From positions 86,542 to 147,056 of the IMG/VR virus record IMGVR_UViG_3300033463_000022: DNA of 60,515 bases. One strand, written 5' to 3'. Positions within the stretch are counted from its first letter, which is position 1. Each line of letters starts with the position of its first letter. Shown here one piece after another: positions 1 to 9,274 of the stretch. A model generated the notes under the pieces. The model did not search any database. It saw only the letters and a program-made list of their open reading frames with translations, and was not told the origin of the DNA. Made by a program: the position numbers and the translations under genes. This DNA comes from a virus. Taxonomy: Duplodnaviria; Heunggongvirae; Uroviricota; Caudoviricetes.

Positions 1-2169
1 ATAGCTGATGATGTTTATGCTTGGGCGGCATATGATAATGCTGGCAAAGAAATTTCCGTAGAAGATATCCAGAATAAGATAGAAGAACTGCTAATGCGTT
101 CAGAGCGCCATGATGTAGCTCGTGAATATATACGTTATCGCTATAAACGAGAGATAGCTCGTAAGGGCAGTGACGATTTCGTTAAAGGATATAGCGAGAA
201 AATTAGTGCTTTAAACCCCGATATGCAGAATGCAAATGTGGACGAGTTCTCCTTTGGTGGTCGTGTAGGCGCAGGCTCTGATTATATGATGAAGCAATAC
301 GCACTTGATTACTGTGTATCCAAAGCTTCCCGCAACAATCATCTTAATAATGAAATTTACATTCACGACTTATCGGCATATGCTGTTGGTATGCACAACT
401 GCTTATCTATTCCTTTTGATAAGTTACTTGCGGAAGGTTTTAATACAAGACAGACTGATGTACGTCCTGCTGGTAGTGTAAATACAGCTATGCAGCTTGT
501 AGCTGTGCTTTTCCAGTTGCAAAGTCTCCAACAATTTGGTGGAGTATCCGCTACTCACCTTGACTGGACAATGGTGCCATATGTGAGAAAGAGCTTCTGG
601 AAGCATTATAAAGATGGCGTAGATTTTGTGATTGACTCTGACTCAGAGCTTACTGATCCAGAAAACTTCCGCGAAAAAACGTATAAGTTTGTCGAGCTTT
701 GTAAAGAGCAAAATGTAGGTATCGATGATAAAGTACTCTTACTTGATGGGGAAAGTCCTATTTATAAATATGCTCTTCGTCAAACCGAGAAAGAAGTTCA
801 TCAAGCCGTGGAAGGTCTCTACCATAACCTCAATACGTTGCAGTCACGAAGTGGGAATCAACTCCCCTTCACATCTATCAATTATGGTACTTGTACTCTC
901 CCCGAAGGACGCATGATTATTAAAGCGCTACTTGATGTTTCTATCGAAGGACTCGGTAAGTTACATAAAACCTCTATCTTCCCCTGCGGCATCTTTCAAT
1001 GTATGAAAGGAGTTAACCGTGAGCCAGGAGATCCTAATTATGACCTGTTCCGTCTTGCCTTGCAAAGTACATCTACAAGGCTCTATCCAAATTACGCGAA
1101 CGTTGACTGGTCCGGAAATGCCGGATACGACAGAAACGACCCAAAGACCTATTTCAGTACAATGGGCTGCAGGACAGCAAATGGCGCTGATATCAATGCC
1201 GACCCAGGAGTAAATCCGCAGACCAAGGATGGGCGCGGCAATATCTGTCCTGTCACCATTATTCTTCCCACTTTAGCGATGGAAGCTAAACAAGAGATTC
1301 TTGCTTGTGGAGATATTGGACATGAAGAAGTTGATATTATTGATGGGTTTATGGGTCTTCTCGATCAAAAGATCCATGAAGCTAAAGATATGTTAATCGA
1401 ACGCTTCGAGTATATCTGCGCGCAACCTTCTTCTGGCGCCAAGTTCATGTATGAAAATGGCAGTATGATGGGGTATGATGGTAAAGATACACGTTCAGCT
1501 CTTCGTCATGGGACTCTCGCCCTTGGCCAGTTAGGCTTAGCTGAATGCCTCCAAATTCTCATTGGGTGCGACCAAACAACAGACAAAGGGATGAAGTTAG
1601 CTAAAAAGATAGAGCAACTATTTAAAGATAGATGCAAAGAGTTTAAAGAGCAATATCATCTAAACTTTGGTGTATATTACACTCCGGCGGAAAACCTCTG
1701 CTACACGGCGCTTAAAGCGTTCCGCAAGAAGTATGGCATAATTCCTAATGTCAGTGATAAAGATTTCTTTACTAATTCTATACATGTACCAGTATGGAAG
1801 AAAGTATCTCCTTTCGAGAAGATTGATATTGAGAGCCAACTAACAGGATACTCAAGTGCTGGCTGCATTACTTATGTAGAGTTAGAAGCTGCCGTTAAGA
1901 ATAATATAGATGCTCTTGAAACTATAGTCAATTACGCTATGGATCATGACATTCCATATTTCGCCGTAAACGTACCTAATGACACTTGTCTCGACTGTGG
2001 CTATACCGATGAGCTTAATGGTACCTGCCCTATGTGTGGTAGTCATAATATTCAAGAGCTTAGACGTGTAACGGGATATTTAACTGGCAACTACAAGACT
2101 GCCTTTAATCTCGGTAAACAAGATGAAGTCGAGCATCGAGTCAAACATACTGGACAAATGGAGGAATAA
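1..2169 (+). CDS. nrdD: Anaerobic ribonucleoside-triphosphate reductase (class III RNR), 5'-truncated at window edge
   Basis: Frame is open from base 1 (IADDVY...ISVEDIQNKIEELLM, ATP-cone tail). Motifs IYIHDL, NTLQSRSGNQLPFTSINYG, TMGCRT, C-terminal CxxC...CPxC and LRRVTGYL glycyl-radical loop. nrdG is adjacent. Confidence 0.97.
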   Translation: MADDVYAWAAYDNAGKEISVEDIQNKIEELLMRSERHDVAREYIRYRYKREIARKGSDDFVKGYSEKISALNPDMQNANVDEFSFGGRVGAGSDYMMKQYALDYCVSKASRNNHLNNEIYIHDLSAYAVGMHNCLSIPFDKLLAEGFNTRQTDVRPAGSVNTAMQLVAVLFQLQSLQQFGGVSATHLDWTMVPYVRKSFWKHYKDGVDFVIDSDSELTDPENFREKTYKFVELCKEQNVGIDDKVLLLDGESPIYKYALRQTEKEVHQAVEGLYHNLNTLQSRSGNQLPFTSINYGTCTLPEGRMIIKALLDVSIEGLGKLHKTSIFPCGIFQCMKGVNREPGDPNYDLFRLALQSTSTRLYPNYANVDWSGNAGYDRNDPKTYFSTMGCRTANGADINADPGVNPQTKDGRGNICPVTIILPTLAMEAKQEILACGDIGHEEVDIIDGFMGLLDQKIHEAKDMLIERFEYICAQPSSGAKFMYENGSMMGYDGKDTRSALRHGTLALGQLGLAECLQILIGCDQTTDKGMKLAKKIEQLFKDRCKEFKEQYHLNFGVYYTPAENLCYTALKAFRKKYGIIPNVSDKDFFTNSIHVPVWKKVSPFEKIDIESQLTGYSSAGCITYVELEAAVKNNIDALETIVNYAMDHDIPYFAVNVPNDTCLDCGYTDELNGTCPMCGSHNIQELRRVTGYLTGNYKTAFNLGKQDEVEHRVKHTGQMEE

Positions 2170-2172
2170 GCC

Positions 2173-2460
2173 ATGAAAGTTATAAAACATGGTAATAGAT
2201 TATATTACCGCGAAACAGAACATGTTTGTGAAGTCTGCGGATGTAAGTATGCTTTTAATCTTGCAGACATCTCATATAAGATAGATTACAATAGCGAAGA
2301 GGACAAGTTTATCCCCTGTAACTATATTGTATGTCCAGAGTGCAAAGGTATTTATATTTTAAATCAAGAGACAGAAAGTGAGGAGCCTGCGGGCGGGAGC
2401 TCTGAAGCGCCTACAGGCGACCCTTCGACAGACCCTACTGATCCTAGTGGAGGCGACTAA
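2173..2460 (+). CDS. Hypothetical Zn-ribbon protein with acidic Pro/Gly-rich tail
   Basis: CEVCGC...CPEC motif; tight operon spacing; TAA stop. Confidence 0.75.
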   Translation: MKVIKHGNRLYYRETEHVCEVCGCKYAFNLADISYKIDYNSEEDKFIPCNYIVCPECKGIYILNQETESEEPAGGSSEAPTGDPSTDPTDPSGGD

Positions 2461-2462
2461 CC

Positions 2463-2960
2463 ATGCGCTATGCAGGAATCATATATAACGATATAACTGC
2501 GGCGCCAGGTATATGTCTCTCCTTCTTTGTGCAAGGATGCGATCGTCATTGCCCAGGGTGTCACAATCCAGAGACATGGGACTTCGATGGAGGTTTGGAG
2601 TTCACCGAAAAAACGATGAACTCCATCCTCGAAGGACTAGTCGCCAACGGAGTACATAGAGATCTTGCAATCATGGGCGGAGAGCCTATGGCAGAAGAGA
2701 ATATGTTCTTGGTGCAGATGATAATTAACGAGGTCAAGAAGGTATTACCGCAGACGAAAATCTTTCTTTGGTCTGGTTACACGTACGAAGAACTGGATAA
2801 AAGAACGGATGGCCGCACAGCCGCTATTCTTGCATCTATTGATTGTATTGTTGATGGACCGTATATCGAGGCTGAGCGCGATATTACGCTACCCATGAGG
2901 GGCAGCCGCAACCAACGCATCATTCCATTAAAGGAGGGCAAACCTTGTGAAGCAATATAA
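2463..2960 (+). CDS. nrdG: Anaerobic RNR activating enzyme (radical SAM)
   Basis: FVQGCDRHCPGCHNPETW radical-SAM motif, GGEP, IVDGPY, RGSRNQR. Confidence 0.96.
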   Translation: MRYAGIIYNDITAAPGICLSFFVQGCDRHCPGCHNPETWDFDGGLEFTEKTMNSILEGLVANGVHRDLAIMGGEPMAEENMFLVQMIINEVKKVLPQTKIFLWSGYTYEELDKRTDGRTAAILASIDCIVDGPYIEAERDITLPMRGSRNQRIIPLKEGKPCEAI

Positions 2961-3267
2961 TTGCCCTGACTGCATGGTAGCAGAAGATTCGTGTGATGGC
3001 TGCCAACGAGCAGCGACCGCAAACAAGCCATCTAATTACAATGATTTGTTAGAGCGATTAAGTGAACCCATCCCGCATCTTAGATGGGACTGGGACTCTA
3101 CTGCTGAAATCCCCTCTTGTTGTCGCAATTGCAGTAACCATCCTTCTAATGGAGGTTCCGGTATTTGTCATTGTACTTTACCTTATGCAACAGAGAATCC
3201 AATTAAGTACGATTATCAAGGATATGAAATAACAACTTGCACTTCTGAAAATTATATTGTAAAATAA
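2947..3267 (+). CDS. Cys-rich hypothetical protein
   Basis: GTG start overlapping nrdG end; CPDC, CDGC, CCRNC..HPSNGGSGICHC. Confidence 0.7.
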   Translation: MKQYNCPDCMVAEDSCDGCQRAATANKPSNYNDLLERLSEPIPHLRWDWDSTAEIPSCCRNCSNHPSNGGSGICHCTLPYATENPIKYDYQGYEITTCTSENYIVK

Positions 3268-3279
3268 TACTATAAAGGA

Positions 3280-3675
3280 GTGATCACAGTGACATTATAT
3301 GAAATGAACCAAGCCGGCTATGCTAGCCTTCCAAAGATGGCTAAAAGCGCAATTTCAGCTGCTGAAGACAAAGTGGCGGACTGGATTCAAGCCAGTTTAA
3401 GCGAACATGGCGGCGAAAATATATATTTTATGCTTTTAAATAACGATCTTCACTACTATACGCTCTTTAATTGGAGAGCATTATCCCCTAAAGAGGGCGG
3501 TGGAGATAGCGAAGACGTTGTGAGAGAAATTTTCTCTATCGTTAAGAGTCTTGGCACCCTTAAAGCTATAGAGAAAAATAACAATGACGCTTGGGAATTT
3601 TGGATTACCAAACCCAATGCTACGACTGACGCCTACTATCTATTCGATTATACGAAAGGAGTGATAGAGGTATGA
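3280..3675 (+). CDS. Hypothetical phage protein
   Basis: AAGGA RBS, GTG start, operon position. Confidence 0.75.
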   Translation: MITVTLYEMNQAGYASLPKMAKSAISAAEDKVADWIQASLSEHGGENIYFMLLNNDLHYYTLFNWRALSPKEGGGDSEDVVREIFSIVKSLGTLKAIEKNNNDAWEFWITKPNATTDAYYLFDYTKGVIEV

Positions 3676-3941
3676 TAGAAGATTGCTTAATAATTGACTA
3701 CGACCCATTTAGCTGTGAATCTCGCGTTATTGTTGTTGAGAACGGTCAGCGGGGAATGATGGGCGTAAGTTCGGATGTGAATAATCTTGCGAAAGAGCTT
3801 CCCACCTATTGTCAGAAATATAACCAATGTAAAGTAAAGTTCCACGCTCCAGTTGGTATTTTCTATGAATTGAAACGTCAATTGGAAGAGAATGAACAGA
3901 CTCTCTATGGGGAGAATAGAATAGAATTGGAGATTTGTTAA
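3672..3941 (+). CDS. Hypothetical phage protein
   Basis: ATGA overlap with previous gene, GAGG RBS. Confidence 0.75.
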   Translation: MIEDCLIIDYDPFSCESRVIVVENGQRGMMGVSSDVNNLAKELPTYCQKYNQCKVKFHAPVGIFYELKRQLEENEQTLYGENRIELEIC

Positions 3942-3942
3942 T

Positions 3943-4185
3943 ATGAGTTATCTACTTAAAGTGCAAAATACTTACCGCGTTGAAACAGAGCAGGAGGCAT
4001 TAACTCTTCGTGAGACACTCCGCAATAAAAGTAATGGCGAGCTTATTGCTTTCTCTTACACAGTCAAAGAAGTGAAGCAGAAGGGTGAGGTCATTGGAAC
4101 CTATGTGGTATGCAAGGCGACTATAGAGTTTAATAAAGAGAAAGAGCCTGAGCGTACGGTTCAAGTAACCTATGAGGATATTTAA
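3943..4185 (+). CDS. Hypothetical phage protein
   Basis: Operon spacing; ORF track 80 aa. Confidence 0.75.
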   Translation: MSYLLKVQNTYRVETEQEALTLRETLRNKSNGELIAFSYTVKEVKQKGEVIGTYVVCKATIEFNKEKEPERTVQVTYEDI

Positions 4186-4186
4186 C

Positions 4187-4831
4187 ATGGAAGGTATTAG
4201 ATTTGATAAAGTCTCCCGTTTTAAAGATGTAGATCTGCCTCTCCCAACAAGAGGTACAGAGTTTTCAGCAGGATATGATTTTATTGTGGCTGAGGACGTA
4301 GTCCTCAAACCTTACGAACATGTCTCTACAATACTCCGGAACGGAGTAGCCCTTAATGATTACTGGGGATATACAAAACCAGTGACGCTACAAGAAATGG
4401 CTCAGGCCACGAAAGATCTTAAGGCCAAAGTACAGCTTGTATCCACTGGCATGAAGGCGTATATGCCGCAAGGCACTTACCTTGAACTTACCATGAGGAG
4501 TTCTACTCCCCTTAAGCACTGGCTCATTCTAGCAAACTCGAAGGGAATTATAGATGCCGACTATGTTGATAATCCCGATAATGAAGGCGAAATCTTTATG
4601 CAGATTATCAACCTTGCACCTTTTGCTATCCAGCTCAAGCGTGGCGATAAGATCGGCCAGGGTATCTTCCATAGATTTGAGATTACTGAAGACGACGCAG
4701 CAAAAGGTAAGAGAGAGGGAGGACTTGGTAGCACAGGTTCTACTATCTCCTAGGGTATGACTCAATTTATCAGACGAGAGATGGAAGAACGTGCGGCCGC
4801 AGGCTCTATGGTGTCTAGCGAGCAAGGTTAA
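4187..4831 (+). CDS. dut: Trimeric dUTPase; ends at TAG 4751-4753 in standard code, or 26 aa later at TAA 4829-4831 if TAG=Gln
   Basis: Motifs SAGYDF, MRSST, GIIDADY, KIGQGIF, REGGLGSTG. Start taken as ATG 4187 behind GAGGA. Confidence 0.93.
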
Positions 4832-4841
4832 GGTGGTTATA

Positions 4842-5315
4842 ATGAAAGTTCTATGTCTTGACCAAGCTACCAAAGTGAGCGGCTGGTCAGTATGGGATGG
4901 TTAGAAATTGGTAGCATAGGGAAAGTTCTCCTTTGAAGAGGACGGTAATCTAGTCTCTCGTCTGCACTAGATCAAGCTTAATGTCCTATAGCTTATCAAA
5001 GATTATAATATATAGAAGCTATATCTTGAAGATATTTAGTATCAACAACAAGCTGGAGTTACGACGTACAAGATTTTAGCCGAACTAATAGGGGTCTTAC
5101 AAGAGTTAGCTTTTGAAAATTAGATACCGTCTGAATTAGTACATTCGTAGTCTTGGAAATCATCCTGCGGAATTAAAGGGCGTGCTAGAGCAGAATAGAA
5201 GTAGAGCGCATAGTAGCACGTTAAATAGGTCTATGGTCTATCTGTATCGTAGGATGAAGCCGATGCCATTTGCATAGGCGAGCATGTTACAAGGCAAGAC
5301 GCATGTGCTTGGTGA
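4842..5315 (+). CDS. RuvC-like Holliday junction resolvase (TAG-recoded, 157 aa)
   Basis: Manual translation with TAG=Q: MKVLCLDQATKVSGW...LYLEDIQYQQ...QDEADAICIG...AW-TGA, showing the RuvC acidic motifs (D7, E, DxxD). 14 in-frame TAG; absent from the ORF track. Confidence 0.88.
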
Positions 5316-5400
5316 CCTCTTTGGGCAAAATAAAAAAAAATATCGCCCTCTTTTCTCATAATATGTAGAGACTATTATAAGAAAAGAGGGCGATATTTCA

Positions 5401-5886
5401 ATGGATATTGTTGATTTTATTTTGAAGTATTGGCTTGAGTTTCTACTAACTGCAATAGGTGCGGCGATAATAGCAAACTTTAAAAAGATTAAAGAAAAAA
5501 TTAAAGAATACAGAGAAATGAAAGAGACAGAAAGAAAAGAAAAATTTAAATAGAATTTATTAGAAACTATTAAGCCAATAGTGGCAGAATGTGTTGCCAA
5601 ATCAGATGCTACCGATGAAACTATCCAAGCGACACTAAAGCAGTTACAAGAGCAGCTTGGGAATCTCGAAGAGCGTGTTATTTTAATTACTTCTGGAGTT
5701 TTAGCCATGTAGGCGCAGGTGTTCAAAGGCGAATGTACCGCATTATTAAATCAAAAAACGCCTATTACATCCGACCAATACAACAAGTGCATGAACGACC
5801 ATGGTTTATATAATAGGCTTGGCGGCAACCACGATGGAGATTAGCTGTTTGAGCTAGTAACGGAAAAATATAAACATTAGCTATGA
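5401..5886 (+). CDS. N-terminally membrane-anchored coiled-coil protein, lysis-associated candidate (TAG-recoded, 161 aa)
   Basis: MDIVDFILKYWLEFLLTAIGAAIIANF TM segment; C-terminal YNRLGGNHDGD; 4 in-frame TAG; TGA stop before a terminator. Confidence 0.7.
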
Positions 5887-5920
5887 AAATAAAGGGGCTG
5901 TTTGAACAGCCCCTTTATTT
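5887..5920. terminator. Bidirectional intrinsic terminator between convergent units
   Basis: Perfect inverted repeat AAATAAAGGGGCTGTT-TG-AACAGCCCCTTTATTT. Confidence 0.85.
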
Positions 5921-6217
5921 TATTAATTGATTCACCACTTTAAAAATCTCTGGCCCAAAGACGGTTACAAAGCTTGCTAAAAATTCTTCTTCTTCCTCTG
6001 GAAGTGCAATACCATAGCTCGCAATTACAGCATGGGTTACTTCATGGCATATAACTTGAACAAATAGGGTATTTGTATTTACGGTTGATGATATATAAAT
6101 AGTATGATTTATACTATTACAGCATCCTATAGCTTTTCTGCCGTTTGGCTTTATCAGCTCGGGGTGATCGGGCGGGACAATGAAAATATGCCAAATCACC
6201 CCATTAATCTTAAACAT
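5915..6217 (-). CDS. Small HExxH zinc metallopeptidase-like protein
   Basis: VICHEVTHAVIASY...EEFLA; ATG 6217 overlaps the upstream stop. Confidence 0.75.
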   Translation of the reverse strand: MFKINGVIWHIFIVPPDHPELIKPNGRKAIGCCNSINHTIYISSTVNTNTLFVQVICHEVTHAVIASYGIALPEEEEEFLASFVTVFGPEIFKVVNQLIK

Positions 6218-6773
6218 TTGGATTGTTAACCAATTGTTCAACCTTGTTTGTTAAAGCCGCTAGTTTCTTATGGAGCATCATCTTTTCTTCTGGAGAGGCT
6301 CCACCAATCATTTCGGTAACATCCTGGCTTAGTTCGCCCATGTATTTCTCAAGTTCTTGGAGCTGAACTTCTTTGCCTTCGTGATGTTCTTTAGATTCCA
6401 TATACATTCGACGGGTGAGCGGACTACGCCCTTCGCGCAAGTCGCGGGCAACCGGCTCTTTATAGTCGTGGGGACGATCAAGCCAAGTTCCTTCACGCCT
6501 TGCAGTATCCATATAAGGATCGATGTATGGTTCCCAAGCTTTATCTTTCTCCCAGTGAGGAGTGTAATACCGACGAGATTCGTACTCTTCCTTCTCCTTA
6601 TTAGCGTCTTCCATGGCTTCAACAACAGAGCAGTAATAGCAGGCTTCAGCCATATCTTTGACCATATCGACAACCTCTCCGAGTTCATGAGTGTCGACTT
6701 TATCCTTGTTATGCTTTAACTGCTCATACGCTTCCTCAGCGACGATACACATTATTTCTTTAATATGTTCCAT
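6210..6773 (-). CDS. Acidic helical hypothetical protein (orphan operon)
   Basis: MEHIKEIM...; no TAG; TAA stop; ATG 6773 lies just after the stop of the upstream gene. Confidence 0.85.
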   Translation of the reverse strand: MEHIKEIMCIVAEEAYEQLKHNKDKVDTHELGEVVDMVKDMAEACYYCSVVEAMEDANKEKEEYESRRYYTPHWEKDKAWEPYIDPYMDTARREGTWLDRPHDYKEPVARDLREGRSPLTRRMYMESKEHHEGKEVQLQELEKYMGELSQDVTEMIGGASPEEKMMLHKKLAALTNKVEQLVNNPNV

Positions 6774-6777
6774 GAAA

Positions 6778-7200
6778 TTATGCCACCCTTTCCACAATCA
6801 AATTAGCGTTCTATACATTTACTGGGATAGTGCCAGTATTCTGAATAGAGAGTTGGGTGCAACAGCCGATAGGTACATCAATGAAAATATCAGCAGATAC
6901 ATTATTATAATTATCCACCGCAGTCGGGGTAGAGATCATAGAAGAGCTAGGAATGCCTTCCCCATTAAGGGAAATGGTTAGTTCGACAGGGCCTACCGTC
7001 TCTCCGGTGGGGACAGCAATATTGCTGCCATATGACACGCGAAAACGGGCCCTGCATTGACCATTGGCCAAGCCTCGGAGGGTTACTATCCCAGATCCTT
7101 CACGATGAAGGATCGAGGGGCAACCACGGACACTGACAGCATTAAACAGGACATCCTGATTTACTGCAACAGTCTGTTCAGCGACAGCTACAATTTCCAT
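6778..7200 (-). CDS. All-beta (BclA-C/TNF-like?) hypothetical protein, 140 aa with TAG read-through
   Basis: TAG 6811-6813 read as Q gives the natural ending VNVQNANLIVERVA-TAA, 4 nt before the next start. Fold call is inference. Confidence 0.8.
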
Positions 7201-7218
7201 GTTTATATTCTCCTTTTA

Positions 7219-8118
7219 TTAAGCTACGAGATTATTATAGCCGCAACCACATCCATAGTTAGTGGGGTAGCCGGCATAAGGATTTGCCACTGCATAAGCA
7301 GGGATGGGGTATGGAGCAACACGATTTACGATGTACTGAGTCTGAGCCGTATTATCAGCAATCAACTCACGAGTCTGGGTAGCCTGGGAAGCAGCCAGAT
7401 TCTGCATATTGACTTGATTCTGAAGAGCAACGTTCTGAGACTTGAGAGCATCGATTTCCTGCTGGCAGAGTTTGTCAAGAATAGCTTGAGTATTTGCATT
7501 GCTGGCTTCAAGTACATCACGAAGAGCATTGGAAACAGCATTGCGGTCTGCGCAAGCTTCGGTTGCAACAGTGTATTTAAGATCAGCAAGGCCAGCACGA
7601 TTCTCGCAGCAGCAGTTAGAAAGCTGACTGGAGACATTGGTCAAGCCATTAGTGATAGCTGTCTGAGTGCCAAAAGCCTGTTGCATGTTTGCCATCTAAC
7701 GTGCGTTATTGGATGCCTCAGCGCCAGCAAATCCAGATGCGATAGCAGCAGAGATTCCGTTGCCTGTCTGACAGATATTCTGGTTAACGCCTGCAAGTCC
7801 AAGGGCGGTGTCGCCAAACCCGCTAGTTACAGCAGACTGTAAGCCGTTAAGCTGATTAGAAATCTGCTGAGAGTTAAAGCCATTAGTAACGATGTTGTCA
7901 GTATTCTGGGTCATCATCCAAGGCCACATCATGAAGTTCTCGCCAAAGCCAAAACCATTCATACCAAAACCGCCGAAGCCTCCGCCCCAGCCACCAAAAG
8001 CAAAGAGAATGAATAGAATGAGCAGCCAGCTGCCATCTCCACCAAGGCCGAAACCATCAGCACCACGAGTTGCAGTTACAATATCAGATAGGGAATAACC
8101 ATTAGAATTATTGAACAT
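7219..8118 (-). CDS. Gly-rich, TM-containing, Gln/Asn-rich coiled-coil protein, 299 aa (two track ORFs joined at TAG 7696-7698)
   Basis: ORFs 7696-8118 and 7219-7695 are contiguous in frame: ...ASNNAR-Q-MANMQQAF...; AAGGAGG RBS at start. Confidence 0.88.
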
Positions 8119-8141
8119 GATTAGATGTTCCTCCTTTTAAG

Positions 8142-8336
8142 TTAGTGAAGACCTAATCTAGCTTTAAAAGAGGAAAACTCCTAGTCAAAGTCCTTTCCTT
8201 GTGATTGCATGAGATTGCGGGCAAGCGCTTCAATGCCCTACGTATCATGCTTTTCGATCATAGAAGCGAGGTTCTAAAGCATAGGATTTTGATTTTGTCT
8301 AAGCATCTGCATTAGTTGATTAAGATTCATAGGCAT
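8142..8336 (-). CDS. Small Met/Gln-rich helical protein (64 aa, 3 TAG)
   Basis: Manual translation MPMNLNQLMQMLRQNQNPMLQNLASM...DFDQEFSSFKARLGLH-TAA; AAGGAG RBS. Confidence 0.8.
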
Positions 8337-8350
8337 TATTTACCAACTCC

Positions 8351-8776
8351 TTAGAATTGATATACTTGCGGCGACTGAGATACTGCGGGCGTTTGAGCTT
8401 GCTTTGATGCGCTCTAGGTCTCGGCGGCCGCAAGTTTTCTTTCCTATCCCATACTCATTACCTCTTGTTGTAATTGTTTCATCGCAGTGTCGAACTCGTC
8501 GCGAGTGATGTACTGCGCAGGATTAACACTTTCGGGCTGCGGGATAGGACGCAGTTCATACAAATTAACTGTGCTTGTTCCATCTGGATTTATCTGCTTA
8601 GTATAAATCTTTTTATTGCCTAAATCTGGGAAATAAAATATCGAGCCATCAAAATCAACCGGCGTGCCTTTAACCTCTTCTATTGATGTCACAGGACGTC
8701 CTTTGAGCTGGCCGGCCTATTCCCTTATGGCTGCCTGGGGCTGGAACCAACCTGGGTAGTATGGATTATTTACCAT
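8351..8776 (-). CDS. Hypothetical protein, first gene of orphan operon (141 aa, 3 TAG)
   Basis: MVNNPYYPGWFQ...LKGRPVTSIEEVKGTPVDFDGSIFYFPD...; AAGGAG RBS; TAA stop. Confidence 0.85.
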
Positions 8777-8972
8777 TCCGTAATTTTCACTCCTTTGAAA
8801 AAATTTTTTATCAGGTCTTCCATTATATAGTGAAAATTGCGATAGATGAATTTACCAATTTTGCCAAAAATTTTGGTAAAAAATTGCTTAGAGTAGTCGC
8901 GCTCACCCTCGGGGCAAAATAGGTTAAAATATCTACAACCATTTTTAAAATATAAGAAGGAGGAAAAGAATT

Positions 8973-9272
8973 ATGAATCATAACATTCAAACATCTAAAC
9001 TCATTCTTTTTCTTTCCTATGGCTGTGCTATTTTACTATCAATTACTGCGGTAGTTGCAACTTTTAAATAGCTTGACACTTCAGCTCTCCATATTCTTGC
9101 AGGAGTAGCTTGGGGCGAAGTTGCTGTTCACACCGCAGTTTATAGTATAAAAGCAAAAGCGGAAAATCGTCTAAAGATCTTGCTTTCTATGATTAAAGAG
9201 CTCTCTCAAAATGATAAGTTTGAGCCTGAGGTTATAGTATAGCTCTTCGAAGGCGTAACTAGGGAGGGATAA
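8973..9272 (+). CDS. Two-TM holin-like protein (99 aa, 2 TAG)
   Basis: AAGGAGG RBS; two hydrophobic helices, then YSIKAKAEN; stop lies 2 nt before the endolysin start. Confidence 0.7.
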
Positions 9273-9274
9273 AG

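Noticed and set aside
1-2169. Intron or intein in nrdD (also checked terL)
   Set aside because: Both read continuously at family-typical length with no homing-endonuclease or splicing motifs.
7057-7842. 261-aa plus-strand ORF
   Set aside because: Antisense shadow of the codon-biased minus-strand operon; no RBS or family motif.
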